Assembly (NCBI GenBank): GCA_030141605.1
Contig: JAQGDQ010000075.1
Location: 186,001-250,000, forward strand
Source of the DNA: Tubiluchus corallicola
Lineage: Eukaryota; Animalia; Priapulida
Direction of reading: 5' to 3'
DNA length: 64,000 bases
Part shown: in pieces, positions 1-13,320 of the stretch
Layout: every line of letters starts with the position of its first letter
Numbering within the stretch: position 1 is the stretch's first letter
Position numbers and translations under genes: made by a program
Notes under the pieces: model-generated
The model's database searches: none
The model's input: only the letters and a program-made list of their open reading frames with translations
Told to the model about the DNA's origin: nothing

Positions 1-274
1 AAGTGAGCTGTTTTCTCATGTTATTTTAAAATTATTTATCACAGGGTTAAGTTTCTTGTTAAAGGTAAAATTTCTTCTTGGGTGAAATATGAGTGCTTGT
101 TATCCATGTAAATGTTACTTAGCAGTGTTTTAAGCCAATGTTCTGTTGCTTTAAATCAGCTGTTTTTAGCATTCTGTACATTTGAACTAAATTTGTGTTC
201 TTATTATCTTCACATATATTATTTTCAATGATTAATTTTGTGTTCTTGTAATTTTTTTGTGTACGTGTCTGTAG

Positions 275-3200
275 TTTCGCGACCTACCCCATTATCAACT
301 GCTGTCAATCATTCACACTTGAAGTTTGTGTCACATGCAAAACTCATAAGCTCCATGCTGGAGAAAGTGTCGGAAGTCAGACACAGCCCACATATGGATT
401 TTACACCTTTTCGAAATGTGTAAGCGAATATTATATGTTTGCTAAGTTTGCTAATGTTTTTGATGTGTTATTTAAGGTAATAAAATGAGATAGTAAAACA
501 ATGAATTATACACACCAACAATATATCTTGCATCAGCATGTAACCGTTTTTAGCTTTTACTCTATAGCATTAATGTTTACCTCTTATTATGTGACTTACT
601 GTATGTAGTATGTGGCTGCTTTAAATTTTGATTTCATGTTTCTTGTGCCACGAGCAGAAAGAAGAAAAAGAAAATTACATCTCCAGACATGTCAGAGCAT
701 GCACCACCTTCACTGCCACGGAAAGATGATTCTTTTATAGGGTAAGTTAGAATCTTGCTTTGCCGCAAGCCGATTGTTAGCAGAGTGGGTATTTTACACG
801 AGGATGCAATGATTTGTACTTAGGACAAAGATTTTTCAAAGGGCTTTTATTGGCAATTTTAGCATTGCATATTGTCAATTTTGCATTCGTTTCAGGCTTA
901 AAGCTTGTAAATCTGATTCATTGGCTGAAAGTCCTTCTGTCACCAGTTTACGATCCAGCCGAAAGACCTCTCGTACAAGACCTAGTTATTCACCATTGAA
1001 GAAAGCAAAGGAGTAAGATTACTTAGTGTCTTAGTAATTTTATTTGTGCAGTATGTATCTTGACTTAACTTTCTACAAGAGATTACAATTAGTGAGCAAA
1101 ACATATTTATGCCAATTTACCCAACAGATTAATAGCTAGCATTCATTTTTTGTAAAGTACTTATTTCTTTTAAACACTGAATAAGCATTAGAAATATGCA
1201 CGGAATAAGTTTTTGTTCTGAAAAGTTTTTGTAGGAATTCAATGCTTCATTTTGAATGGCTGTATGAATATGGAAAAATTGAACTAATAATTAAACACTT
1301 TTGATTTTTGACTTTGTCTTTTAATAAATGCAACAATAGTTTATGTACGCGTTAGTCTACCATTCTGCATGCTTCGTATCAAATGGTTTTTCATTAGTGA
1401 ATTTTAGTACCAGAAATTAGTCCAAGGGAAGACAGTTTTATGAAATGACATTTTGTACTTTTAATTAATTACTGAAATACTTTGTAATGCTAGCTGACAA
1501 ATTTCGTAATGACTCACATTTACAAAGTGGATAAAGATTGAGCAGTTAACTGATCATTACATCTTTACTGATAATTTCTCTATCTTATTAAGGCCTACCT
1601 TTTGATTTGATTTTGATTTATTCTGTGATTGTGTTTACTAGGTTACTAAACCAGCAGATATTGTCTTTACTGCAAACGCCCCCTGTACGTCGAGTGCCGA
1701 GAAATGCTCGTACACCCATTAATGGTGTTCCAGAAGTTACACCGCAGAGCATCTTAAAAATTCATGATTCATTCACAGGGTATTCAGGTTCAAGCAAAAC
1801 GACAGGAGTGGCACAGCGTCGTCCATGTGAGTTATTTATATAGAAATTATTTGTTGCATTTGTATACATGGTGCTGTGCAAAATTAAGAAGAATTTTAAT
1901 TTACATCAAACTTTTGCTTTTCAAATTTGAGTCAAATCGACCCTGCCCATTCGTTGTGCATAAAATTTAATGTTTCTTACAGTCTGTCCCGTACTTTGTT
2001 TTTAAGTTGAAATGGTTTTGCAGTCTCAGCAATGTTTTCATAACTGCTTTGTGCAACACCAAACATTTTTCGGAATGTCTGCGAAAACCAGCTGAATAAA
2101 CTCGCTATCAGTTTCCAGATTCAATAGTTTAGTTAAGTGATTAGATTCAATAATTCTATATTAATAGTTTCTAAGGTGAGGTGAGTAGTCAAGTGATTAT
2201 ATATATATATATACTTTATTGTAATAAAACATACATAAATGTTATCATAATAAAACACAGTACATGTAAATATTTGCGTATGTTCAGTCTTTGAACTGAT
2301 GTTTACAATAGCAACAGATTGTTAGTAAATACATAATTAAAAACATAGATGACACGATGTTAGTAAATAAAAAATACTTAAAAAAAGTTTACAATTCAGA
2401 AATTTTTACACACAATTAAAAATACTTTTAACTTTAAGTTTGTGTATAAAACACAAATTTATAAAGAAGGTTATATATTCACATTTATATTTACACATGT
2501 ATAATTTTACACAATTAAAGACTATAACTAAAGTTGGCTGATTGTTTTTTTGTTTTAGTTTGTCATTTGCTAAATTGTCAAATAAAAATATAGTATTTTA
2601 ATTGCCGACAATATAAAAGGATAGTCTCTAGGAGTGATTAGTTTATGATTTTTTCAGGCTAGTCTTGAATAAATTGTTAGCAAAGTATCTTTTAATTCTT
2701 TTTTGAAACTTCTTGAGCTTGCTGATGATTTGAGTTTGAGTGGGGCTGTATTCCAAAGATTGACTGCTGTTTTTGAAACTGAGTTATGCCCATATTTATT
2801 TTTAGTTTGCATTTAATGTAGGTTGCAAGTTCCTTTATTTAGTTTTTTTATCTTTTATCTTTAATGATTAATAGACAGCCAGGTTTTGTACTCTTATTGG
2901 ACGGTTTCATGTATCATCCTGTCTGTGTAGTTACCTCTTGGAGGTAGTGGTGTGGACTTCTGTAAATGACTGAGGCATATCTGCCGATTTAGTGCTTAAT
3001 ATTGGAGTTTAATCCTAGATAATGAGATAAGTTCTCTGCTTCTGTCATACTCATGTGCATTGAGTGGACCATCCATTGGCTCACTGGGTTCTGTATTCTA
3101 GCTTCTAGACTGCCAAACTGCATAAATGGAAAGACACATTTGCACTTATAATTGTTTTCTTCTTTTCTTATTTGCAGGTGTTTTGAAGGAGGAAGAGGAA

Positions 3201-6200
3201 TTCATAATAATGTCTTCTCCATCAAAACAGCTAAGATTTGATTTGCCTGATAGTCAGCCTTCTTCGCCAAACAATTTGTAAGGCTTGCTTTTTAATTATT
3301 TTAATTAGTGTCAAGTTTAATAAAAATGATTAGAAAATGAAAAAACTAAATAATTGTAGTAAATTTGTACTCACATTGCGTTGTACCAAAACACTAAAAC
3401 TTGTTTGCCTGTAATTAGTGTACGAGACTGCAAATGGTTGTTTTCTTCTGTAGACACCAGCGACAAAGTGAAATTGGTCTTAAGATCAAATCAAGACCCT
3501 TAACTCCTAAGCGTAGTGGACCTGTGTTTTCTGTGGAATCTCCAGAAAAAATCGATTCCGACACTACGGTGGAGACCAGCGGGGAAATATCTGGTGTTCA
3601 TCCAACTGAATACAATGAAGATGAAGAAGTGTTTTCAAAGCAACCAGATGATATGGTGATCGCTGCATCAGAGAATGAGCAAGTGAAAGTGAATGTAACT
3701 GAACCACTTGGCAGTGAGCAGCATGTGGGCTCTGATTTGACTCCAAAGAAGCTACTAACTTATTCCAGTGAGTTTGAACATGATGAGAAGATGGAAACTG
3801 AAGATAGCAGTGACTCTTTCCATACTCCACGAGGAACTGTGACAGTGGACAATGAAGTTACATTCAAATTCAATGATGTTGGACAATTCCGTTCAGGTGA
3901 TATAACTTGTACACAAAATTGTAACATAGTTTGCTTCAATTTTTTTCGCACTGATTTCTGTAATTATTATTATAACGTAGATTGCTTGTGTAAGCTTTCC
4001 TTTGTTTATTTGTTAATTAATATATTTACATAAGAGAGTTAGTTACCTACTGCACATGTTGATTAATTGAAAATTAGTTCTAAACGTCATGCATTTGTAA
4101 AAAATGGTGTTCACACTTAATTTGTACTGCTGTCCTTTTATTACTATATACTTGTTTTTCTTTTATTAATTTTTAAAGAAAATTATAGCTATCCATTCAG
4201 CCTATCTATCTAAGTCACCGAGACTAAGTTTAGTGATTAGTTTCAAAACCCCACACCAGAGTTTATGAACTAATGGAGGTGACTGCTTATAAGCCATTAT
4301 CAAAACATTTTATATGCTATCATTGTACAACACAGTTGTGGCCATTCATGAAATAAATATTCTGTCATTTACGCACATCTGTAAAATCTGTATTGTTCAT
4401 TTTTTGACCAAATTGTGCTGAGACAGCAGCAGCAGCAGAACTAAGTATGCTTACAATTAAAACTGCTGGATTGTCAAATTCTGGGGTTATAGCATCTAAT
4501 AATTATTAAAGCACATTTTCCCTGCTTCATGAAAACATCCGGCTTATGCATTCAGAATTCTGATAAATTTGCTTTTCTGGTTTTGCCCAGAAGTTTGTTA
4601 TTTTTGCAAATTGAAAACTGCCTTTATTCACTTCAGGAAGCGGCACGAGTTTGACATCTGTAGACACAGCAGACACAGTTCCATATCGACACTCTCCTGT
4701 GCTGCAGCTAACAGCTCAGGGAATCAACACAGCAGCCTCAGACAGCAATTTGGAGCACTGCAAACTTTCTACCGAAGCAGTTGCAAATACCAGTTTAGGT
4801 CTACATTCATTTTCACTAGCTTCTCAGTGTAGTGTATCACAGCACAGCATTTGCATGCCAGAAGCTAACATTATTGTATCGGATGTTGTAGTGAGAGCTG
4901 AAACAAGTAAAAATGAAACTGATATTGCTACTGCTGACGTCGTTAATCGTATAAGTGATGTATCACCTGTTCATGTTGTTTCCATTGCTGATGTATATAG
5001 TGCAAATTTGGCGGTCGATATGTGTTCAGCAGGTAAAAGGCAAGAGGAACTGTCACGTACTTGGGGTACTACTGTATATTACCCCACAGTGGTGCCATCT
5101 GTTGCCATTTCAAATTCACCTGTCGTTGGCAGTTCATTTTGCAAAGCACCCATCTTGTCAAAATCATCACCTTCGTCAAAATCTCCTCTGGCACGTCCAC
5201 CAATTCGGGCATCTCCTCATTCGTCAGATTCATCTTTGACGCCACCATTATCTGTAATCACAACAGCCGCTGTTTCTTCACGTGAGGTGAAAACAACTTT
5301 GTTTGAAAATGCAAATGCCAGAGATCATGGCAAAACATCGCCGTTTGCTGTTCACAGATCTTTGGATCATGCATTAGAACCAAGATTCAGCCCAAGCTCC
5401 TTAGCAACAAGGCTGTTAGAAAGCGCACCACAGACTGGGTCACCTGACACTTCCGTTGACTTAGTGCTGGACCGTAAAAATGTGAGTTTTTATTTTCGTA
5501 CAGTTGCTAATCTTTGAAATTTTGGATGTTGAGTAGATGAACTACCATTGGAACCTCCAGATTAATTTTTATGGTAACATAATTATTATGAATAGTAAAG
5601 CTGTTTTAACTAATATACCATTATCTGATAAATCTGTTTTTAAAAAGCAAATTATACCCCTGGCATGTTGTTCACAGCCTGTTTATTTTAAAAAAAGTGT
5701 ACATCATTAGAGATTGGTTTCATTGTACAAGCAAAGAATTTGTGATTGTTTAGCACTGTAACCAGTTACATATTACCTGCTTAATCATTCACCTCTGGGA
5801 TCATTTAAATAAAACTGTGGTTGCTGTCAGACTTGGTCATCAAACTTTAACATCATTAATGCAAATCGTTCTATTCTTATTTTTTATGGTAGGATGAGAG
5901 CACACATTCTCCGACAAGAACGTTCTCATCTAGTCCTAAATCTGTTACTGCGACATCATCACCGGTGTCTTCGATTAATAGATCCCCACCAAAAACTCCA
6001 GATGTCTCAGTAATTTCGGTTCAGGATGCTCCAGTAAAAGAAAACAAAAGTGTGTGCATTAACACGTTACGTTTTAAATGCTTGGTATAAATAAATTAAA
6101 ATATATTTTGCAGAAAACAGGAGATGGGAAGTTTGCTATAACAGTAAAATATTGTTACGTATTAAGTGAACTAAAGTGATGATTTAAATTATATTTTGTA

Positions 6201-8502
6201 AGTAATGCAAAAAAATTAAGACTGTTAATAAAAGGTAAACTGTTTTTCTAACAGTTTAATGAAACATTGGTCTAGCCGGACTTGGAGTTTATATTATTAT
6301 TTCTATGATCATGTTTCTGTAATTCTTCTGCTAAAATTTTAAAAATCCCATAATTTGATGTTATGACTTTTTCAGTGGCAATAGAACCGAGTCGTTTGTT
6401 TTAAGTTTTTGACACAAGGTATCAGTGCTTGTCATATTTGTTATTTTTAGCGATTTTGGCAAGAGAACATGATGATATAGTAATATCACTAGAAGACATG
6501 CCAGTTAGTGCAAGAACGCGGTCTTCTTTCTCTGGAAGTATGTCACCTACACCTATCCACGGAACTACTCTCAGAAAACCAGAGGAAAAAGAATGTATGT
6601 AGTGCAACTTCATTATTTGAACACCTGAGTACATATTTAATTGTATGCTTACATTATTTTTGTTGAATAGTTTTATTTCTTAAATGCGCGATGGAAACTA
6701 GGTATTAATTTTGTTAGTTTTGTGTGTATGTTTAACCAACGTAGGCATGCTACTATTAGGAGTTGTGCTTCTGGTACTTTTGAATACAATAGTTATAATT
6801 GAAGGTCAGCTATTGTATTCCTTACTTCATCTTTTCTATATTACAGATAAAATAGATGTACTTTTCCTTTGTTAAGGATGTGAAATTGCTATATAAAGTA
6901 CGATTATCTTTTTACAGCTCTGGACGACTTCCATTTTGCAAAACCACAAAATGTTTTGGAAACATTAAGCCCAAGAGGTAATTCAAATTTAAAACTACCT
7001 TCATTTTTTGTTTTGCTTTGAAGTAATGTTAACTTAATTGAAAAGTAGCTTTGAAGTAATATATGCATCTACTTCTAGTGTTTCATATTTGCTTTAGAAA
7101 TTTCTTTGCCTGTTGTAGTATTACTGAGAAATATTTTTTCATTCACTGTTAATGGTGAATTTGGTGTTATAACTTGAAATTAAATTACAATTAATATTCC
7201 AGCGTAACAGCTAGACATTGCATATGGGTACCATTGTAACTTGAATCCAAACCAAAACCTAATAAATCTTCAATTATTACAACTGCCTTCATTTCCCTAA
7301 TTCCTGTTTTTTTCCAGTACGTAACTTACGTAGTGAATTTCTAGTTTGCAGAATTGTGTTAAAACCATTCTTGGAAACATGTTTATCCAATTGGTCAGAT
7401 ACAACAAACTAATGATACTGGAATACTTTATTATTTTTTTGTTTCTGGTTTTGCAAAGCTAAATCGATTCACTTGAGCATGAAAAAAGTGGTGGTTTTGA
7501 ATGTAATCAAGCTATATTTATTTTAGTTGAAGAACTTGTTAATATGGAATCCGCAGTAGATGTGCCTCAATTTGTATTCTCTCCACCAACGAGACCATTA
7601 ACTCGGTCAGTAACTAGGAAACAAAGTATGGAAGCATCTCGTAATCTTAGCATCAGCGATACAACTGACGAGTCATCTTCCAGTGTTGCCACGATTAGCC
7701 CGGTAAGAGTTCGCCGACGCTCTGCCCGTTTAGCTTCTGCAACATCTGATGACAGTTATCCTGACACATCTGGACAAGAAATGTCCGCAGATGCACCATC
7801 AACTAGTCTTGGGCAACAAACTGCAGGGTTATCTCCGCAGAGAACCAAGTACAACACTAGGTAATAGGCAATAATTCAATATATACATATGTTAAACAAA
7901 TAAAACAAACTGTTTGAAAATATGCACACGTGTTCTAAAACAGGGAATCTTGCTTTGAGAAAGTTTCTTACAGCTTGTCGTAATAATGGTCACCCAGCTA
8001 AAAGTTAAAACCAAAAGAATTCTCAAGAACTATTTTTTCCTGCTGGAGTTTGCCAAGATTGAAGGAAAATTTGAAATATAGTGACCTTTGAGGCATTTTG
8101 TAGAAATTAGTCACTAAAGCAAGGGTCACTCAATGTTTGCATAGTACAGTTCTTTTATAACAATTGCTTTGTTTACCTTGTTTACCACGACCTTCTCCAA
8201 GCATATTTCAGAGAGTCATAGTAATCACTTATTTCACACTGCCTACTCACTTGCGTCAAGCAAATAAACCTGTGTTTGTTACTTTACTCAGATCACGGCG
8301 AACAAAGAAAGCTGCATCTGAAACTGTGCTGTTGTTGTCACCCATTCTTGAGGAAATGAAAACAACTAGAGCTGGAATATCAAGAAACGAACCTCTGCGC
8401 AGTGTAACCACAAGTGCATCAGACTCTTCTAGGTCTGTAATACAACGGTCAAAACGTACCCGCAAAAAGACAAGAAAAATATTAGCTGGAAAAATATCAT
8501 AA
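275..8502 (+). CDS. AHCTF1: ELYS / AHCTF1 (MEL-28) nucleoporin, 3' part; 5' exons lie upstream of the window
   Basis: Phase-consistent GT-AG exons: 275-419, 658-741, 896-1012, 1642-1826, 3178-3277, 3454-3896, 4637-5481, 5893-6049, 6451-6594, 6918-6977, 7527-7860, 8292-8502 (TAA). VSRPTPLSTAV...LISSMLEKVSEV, LLQTP and TPQSILK resemble recalled vertebrate ELYS segments (VSRPKPLSAV...NVLSKIGEV, LLETP, TPQSILR). These are followed by a long S/P/T-rich disordered region and an Arg/Lys-rich C-terminus. Confidence 0.85.
2210..3135 (-). mobile_element. Decayed 3' fragment of a CR1/L2-group LINE in an ELYS intron
   Basis: Minus-strand translation near 2740-2770 gives AVNLWNTAP, the typical '(L)WN.P' C-terminal ORF2 motif, followed by an AT-rich 3' tract ending near (TA)n at about 2200. 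Boundaries are approximate. Confidence 0.55.
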
Positions 8503-9734
8503 TATTTGTGTGTTGACTTTATTATGTGAGGAAAACCTGAATATTCTTTACATTATAAATCTGCAACTTATAGTATGGATTACTGCTTAGTCATCAGAAA
8601 GTACATTGAACTGGATTGCTTGTGTTGTATATCAAATGGTTCCTTATTAAAACACATTCTTTGCACGTTGTAATTTTAGAGTTACAAGCATTTTGTGAAA
8701 TTTCCCAAGCATTCGCTTGTTAGTTTCATAAATTACCTTTAAATGTTGCATCTGTTATTTATTAATATGTGGACTACTTGATCAAGCTGAATGTGTGCTT
8801 GTTTGTTTTCGTTCAAGAGAAATGTTACAAGGTATGACTGCAGTGTTGTACCTGGCCGATTAATAAATTGTGTTTCAGCGCTCTGACAACTGATTAGGCA
8901 GTCATCAGTGACTAATTTATCTAGCTACATAGTGCTATTTATGATACAAATCACATACAAAATTTGTTAATCATGCTGTATGTTGGGTTTTCTTTACACA
9001 TTTTAGGCTTAGTCGCTTCATGATAAGAAGTACATCTTACCAATCTGGCAACGATCGTGAAAGGAATATGGTAAACCTAGGCTTATACCTGCATAGGTGC
9101 CTGTCAAAACGTTTACACGTTTATATCATTTCAGAATTACAAAAACACAGACCTATATAGAAATCATCAACGTCTCTTACAGATGAAGCAATCTGACGTA
9201 AATGAAACAGTAAAAAAGTTGTTTGTAAGCCTAAAGAGCATTATTTCCCATCGTTTATAGAAGCAAGAAACGAGTAGTTTTTATAAGCGCATTATTAATT
9301 CGGCTGGAGTTTGTGTACGAAAGTATTATTACGTTTACCTAATGTCAAAAGAATTGTAATTGAACAACTAGAAAAAAATTAAATAACAATGTGATAAAAT
9401 GATTATTTCGTCTTGATAAGGTGCATACACTCTTCGTACAGGCGTATAAAACACATGAAATGCTGTAAAAGGAGACCAATTTTTATTCACAAATTATATT
9501 TCTAGCTTAATTATATAATTTATAATAACCAGTGTGCCACAAGTTTTAGTCAACACTATGAATTTTTCTTTTGTTTTGAGCATAAAAAACCTATTAGGAT
9601 AGTTTACACAAAATAGTTGATTCTGAGCTTTTGATAGATGGAGGTTACTGTATTGGCTTGTATTATAGCGAACTGCTTTACCCATTGGTAACGGTCGTTT
9701 ACACACTTAGTAACGTCCGTTTACCACTGTTAAT

Positions 9735-11440
9735 TTTGAAAAGAAATGAAGAACTTTTAGAAAATGTGATTACAGAAAGTCAGTGCGGTGGGAGGCGAAA
9801 ACTTCTGACCATATTTTTACAATATACCGAATAATGGAATATTACAGATGGGTAGGCCAAGAGCTAAAAATAGTTTTCCTTGATGCAGAGAAATGTTTCG
9901 ATAAACTGTGGCTAAGAGATTGTTTGATTGAAATGTGGATGAAAGGTATGACACCAGAAGAAATTCGTCAGATTTATGCAGGGTTGGGCAGTAATAGAAA
10001 CGCCTGTGGGACAAACTGACTGGTTAGAACTTGGTGAAATAGTGCGTCAAGGAACAGTATGGGGTCCTAGAATGTGCAGTGTAATAACTGACAGAGTTAA
10101 CAGTGTTGGAAGGAGTCTAAATATTGCAGTAGGACCTAACTTAAGAATGCAAGAGTATATGTAGATGACATTGCAGGTAAGGGCAATGATGAGCAAAGAC
10201 ATAATGTTGTGCATAATTGTGGGTTTTTTAAAAGAACAAAAAAATGATTTTTAACCCAAAAAAATCACAGATACTAAGAATAGGAAACAAGAAAAGAAGC
10301 CAAACTACTCGGTATAATACTGGAGTAAGAGTTAAAAAGGGACAGATTGATGAAACCACATTGTATAAATATCTAGGGGATTATATACAAGAGAATGAGA
10401 ATGGGAATATTTCTAAAGGAGACGAAAATGTGGGATGTATGGTGAGGGATGTCTTTAATTGGAGTGATATAAACCAAGTTGGTAGATTTGCAATGCAGAT
10501 AAGGCTGAGTCACTTAGTGTCAACTATGATACATGGAGTGATTTATAATACAGAAACATGGAGTGGAGTAACAAAAGTAGAAATGGGCAGGATGAAAAAA
10601 ATTCAGAAGGATATGTTACAAAAATTATTATCACAGAAGGTGTCAACTAGTTATTGGGGTATGCTAATAGAAGTAGGTGTGTGGCCAATTGAGCAAAGAA
10701 TAGATTACAAGAGACTGATTACATAATCTAGTAAATTTGAGTGAGTCAAGAGATGCACGAAAGATGATGGAAAGTATGTGGAGCAAAGAAATGGAAGGAA
10801 CTTGGACACGAGAAATTAGTGGTCTTAGTGAGAAATATGACATAGGTATATAGTTAGGGCATATAAAGACTCTTAAAAGTCAGTCTGGAAGAAGCATGTA
10901 AAAGAAAACATAAGAAAATTTATTAAAGTTAGTGCACATCTCCATACATACTCAAAAACTAACTTAAAATTCTTATCTTAATAACACGATAAACCCAAGC
11001 AGTATATAACTGAGTTAACACCAGAACAGACAAGAAGGGCTTTAGAGATAAAACTTAATACGCTACCACTAAAATGTAATTATAGAAGTAAGTTTAAAGG
11101 AGATCTATGGTGCCCACTATGTGGTAAAGAAGAAGATACGACAGAGCATCTATTCAAATGTACGGTGATAAGAAATGTGCTACCAACTACAGAAGTGAAT
11201 TTCCAAAATCTGATTGTGTCAGAAGATCCACAAATTGCAAAGCTGTTTGGTTTATGTTGAAATAGCAATGGAAACAAGAAAAAGAAGAGGTGTCGTGCTG
11301 GATATTTAGCCAAAATAACAATATTTATAAACAGTTTATAAAGTGTTAAGGTTGACCACTTACCTGTGTCTCGCACGGTGATAGTCATTTGTGCCTATCT
11401 AACCAGGTAGACTGGACACCGAGGAAACAACCAATCACCA
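9735..11440 (+). mobile_element. Degenerate 5'-truncated non-LTR retrotransposon (RT plus C-terminal zinc knuckle)
   Basis: Frameshifted RT motifs QCGGR, DHIF, FLDAEKCFDKLW, IVRQGTVWGP, YVDD and YKYLGD, plus C-terminal CPLCGKEEDTTEHLFKC at about 11110-11162. The 3' UTR ends in an AACAACCAATCACC tail-like sequence. Multiple stops and frameshifts. Confidence 0.88.
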
Positions 11441-11519
11441 GATCGTAGCCGTTTTCGGGCAAATAAAATTGGATAGACTTTAATGTCATTTTGCTTGGTT
11501 AGTTACGTCTGGGGAGATA

Positions 11520-11534
11520 GTTTCCAATGGTAAC
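11520..11534. promoter_or_regulatory. Candidate RFX X-box upstream of CFAP206
   Basis: GTTTCC-AAT-GGTAAC has X-box-like half-sites with a 3-nt spacer, about 3.5 kb upstream of a ciliary gene. Motif match only. Confidence 0.3.
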
Positions 11535-11711
11535 TATAAAATACGATTACAAACAAACTGTGGCAAACACGCCGACTTTAAAGCTAGCTGATGGCCTGAC
11601 TAATGCATGTTTAATAATTATTTAGGCAGCCATTATTTAGTGCATATGTTACCAGCATGTTTGTGAAGAACAGTAAAACATGGGGTTTAACGATTACTTA
11701 AGAAAAACCAA

Positions 11712-12638
11712 TGGCACTCTATTACTAGTATTAGAATCCAGGCTCCAGTCGATTTTCGCCGAGCGTTCAGGTATGCGATATGCTTGCTTGGCGCATTATG
11801 ACGACCCATGCTACTCTCACGATTGCTCGTCAATACTTTGTGTATAGAATTCTGTGAAAATACACATTGTTAGTTATTTAATAATTGAGACAATGCTGAA
11901 CATGTCTTCGTGTATTCAGTCAGTTCATCTGACTGATTAAATAAATTGTTGGCTTAAATGACCTAAAATTACTTTATAATAAATTATATATATTATAATA
12001 AATTATATATATAAATAACTAAATTTACTTGTTGTGTGCACGTTCTGTTCACCCCTCGGCTAAAATTTAATGTAAACAACCTGCTGTGCCAGACAACGCA
12101 TTAGGCTCAAAAAATTGTCTGGGAGCATAACATGATCTGGTATGAAGAGTTTAAAAATAAGTACAAAAATGTTATTTACATGACCGCTGCAGAAACTAAA
12201 ACGTGACTGTGATGCGCTTAGTTATTAATAATAATGCGGATGATAATGAATATGACTAATAATTGTTGTTATGAAAAATTACTTTCATAACAATGAAAGT
12301 TTATTTCAACAAAAGTCAGTATAAATACACTTCTTGAAAAAATACTTTACACTGCTTGTAGCAATTTAATTATTTATTCAGGTTAAAATACATCTTATAT
12401 GATCATATGCATCAAAAACTTGGGTCAAATAGCAATTTTTCGTTTTTTATAAAAACAAATGATAAACTTATTGGGCTTTTATATTCTATTATTTCATTAA
12501 CTTATTCCACCACTGGTGAAACTCAGGCACTGATCAATCATCCTATTGTAAGAACAGCGCGGTTCGTCATAATGCGCCATTGAAATAGGTCATTGTTCGG
12601 CAAAAATTTAGCGGGCCTGGGATTCTAATAGAGTGCCA
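11712..12638. mobile_element. Non-autonomous DNA transposon with ~100-bp imperfect terminal inverted repeats
   Basis: The left end TGGCACTCTATTA..GAATCCAGGC...TGGCGCATTATGACGAC matches the reverse complement of the right end GTTCGTCATAATGCGCCA...GCCTGGGATTCTAATAGAGTGCCA. No internal ORF and no clear TSD. Confidence 0.75.
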
Positions 12639-12769
12639 AGCAAATTTTATAGAAATTTTAGACTGGTGCAGTAAATGGTTGAGTTAAACAAAGTAATTAA
12701 TGTGCTTTACTTAGAAGATGCCCTAAATCTGTGATGCCTTACTTTCTAAGTAATGTACAAATAGCTGAA

Positions 12770-13320
12770 GAAAGTTCTATTAGATACTTGGAAGTAATGA
12801 ATTCTAATGACCTCAAATGGAATTCCTATGTGAACCATATCATTGCAAAAGAAACCATTGTATTGGCATGATTAAGTGCTGTGTTATATCAAGAAATGCA
12901 TTAGTAATTATTCCTCTCTATAAAGCTATTGTTCGACCCATTCTGGAGTATGTGTCGGTTGTATGGTCTCCCAAGTAGGCTACTCTCAAGTAGAACTTGA
13001 AAGAACTCTGGATAGATGTACTCATTTTGCTATTGATTTGGATCCTACTTTGATTTCTACTCTCAAGCATTAGACTGTAGACTTTGTGAACTGCTTCAAT
13101 TTAATTAGTGGGAACACTGTTTTGACAGAGACAAACTTTTTTCGGGGCCTCACAGAGTTCTTCGTGGTCATGAGCCTAAGTTATTTGTGCAACCAGCTAG
13201 AACCAACATCTGATCACACTTCTTTGGGTATTGCATAGTTCTATCACATAATCATCTTTCGTAATCAGCCATCAGTTTTTCATTAGTTTTAAATGGCATT
13301 TGAGAGAAGACCATTTACAG
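12770..13320 (+). mobile_element. Decayed CR1-type LINE 3' fragment
   Basis: Broken translation includes NDLKWNSYVNHIIAK, LYKAIVRPILEYVSVVWSP and LRGHEPKLF, typical of the CR1 ORF2 C-terminus. Confidence 0.8.

Noticed and set aside
11080-11388. Minus-strand ORF with a perfect donor CAG|GTAAGT, suggesting a first exon
   Set aside because: It lies antisense within the LINE 3' region and no downstream partner exon was found.
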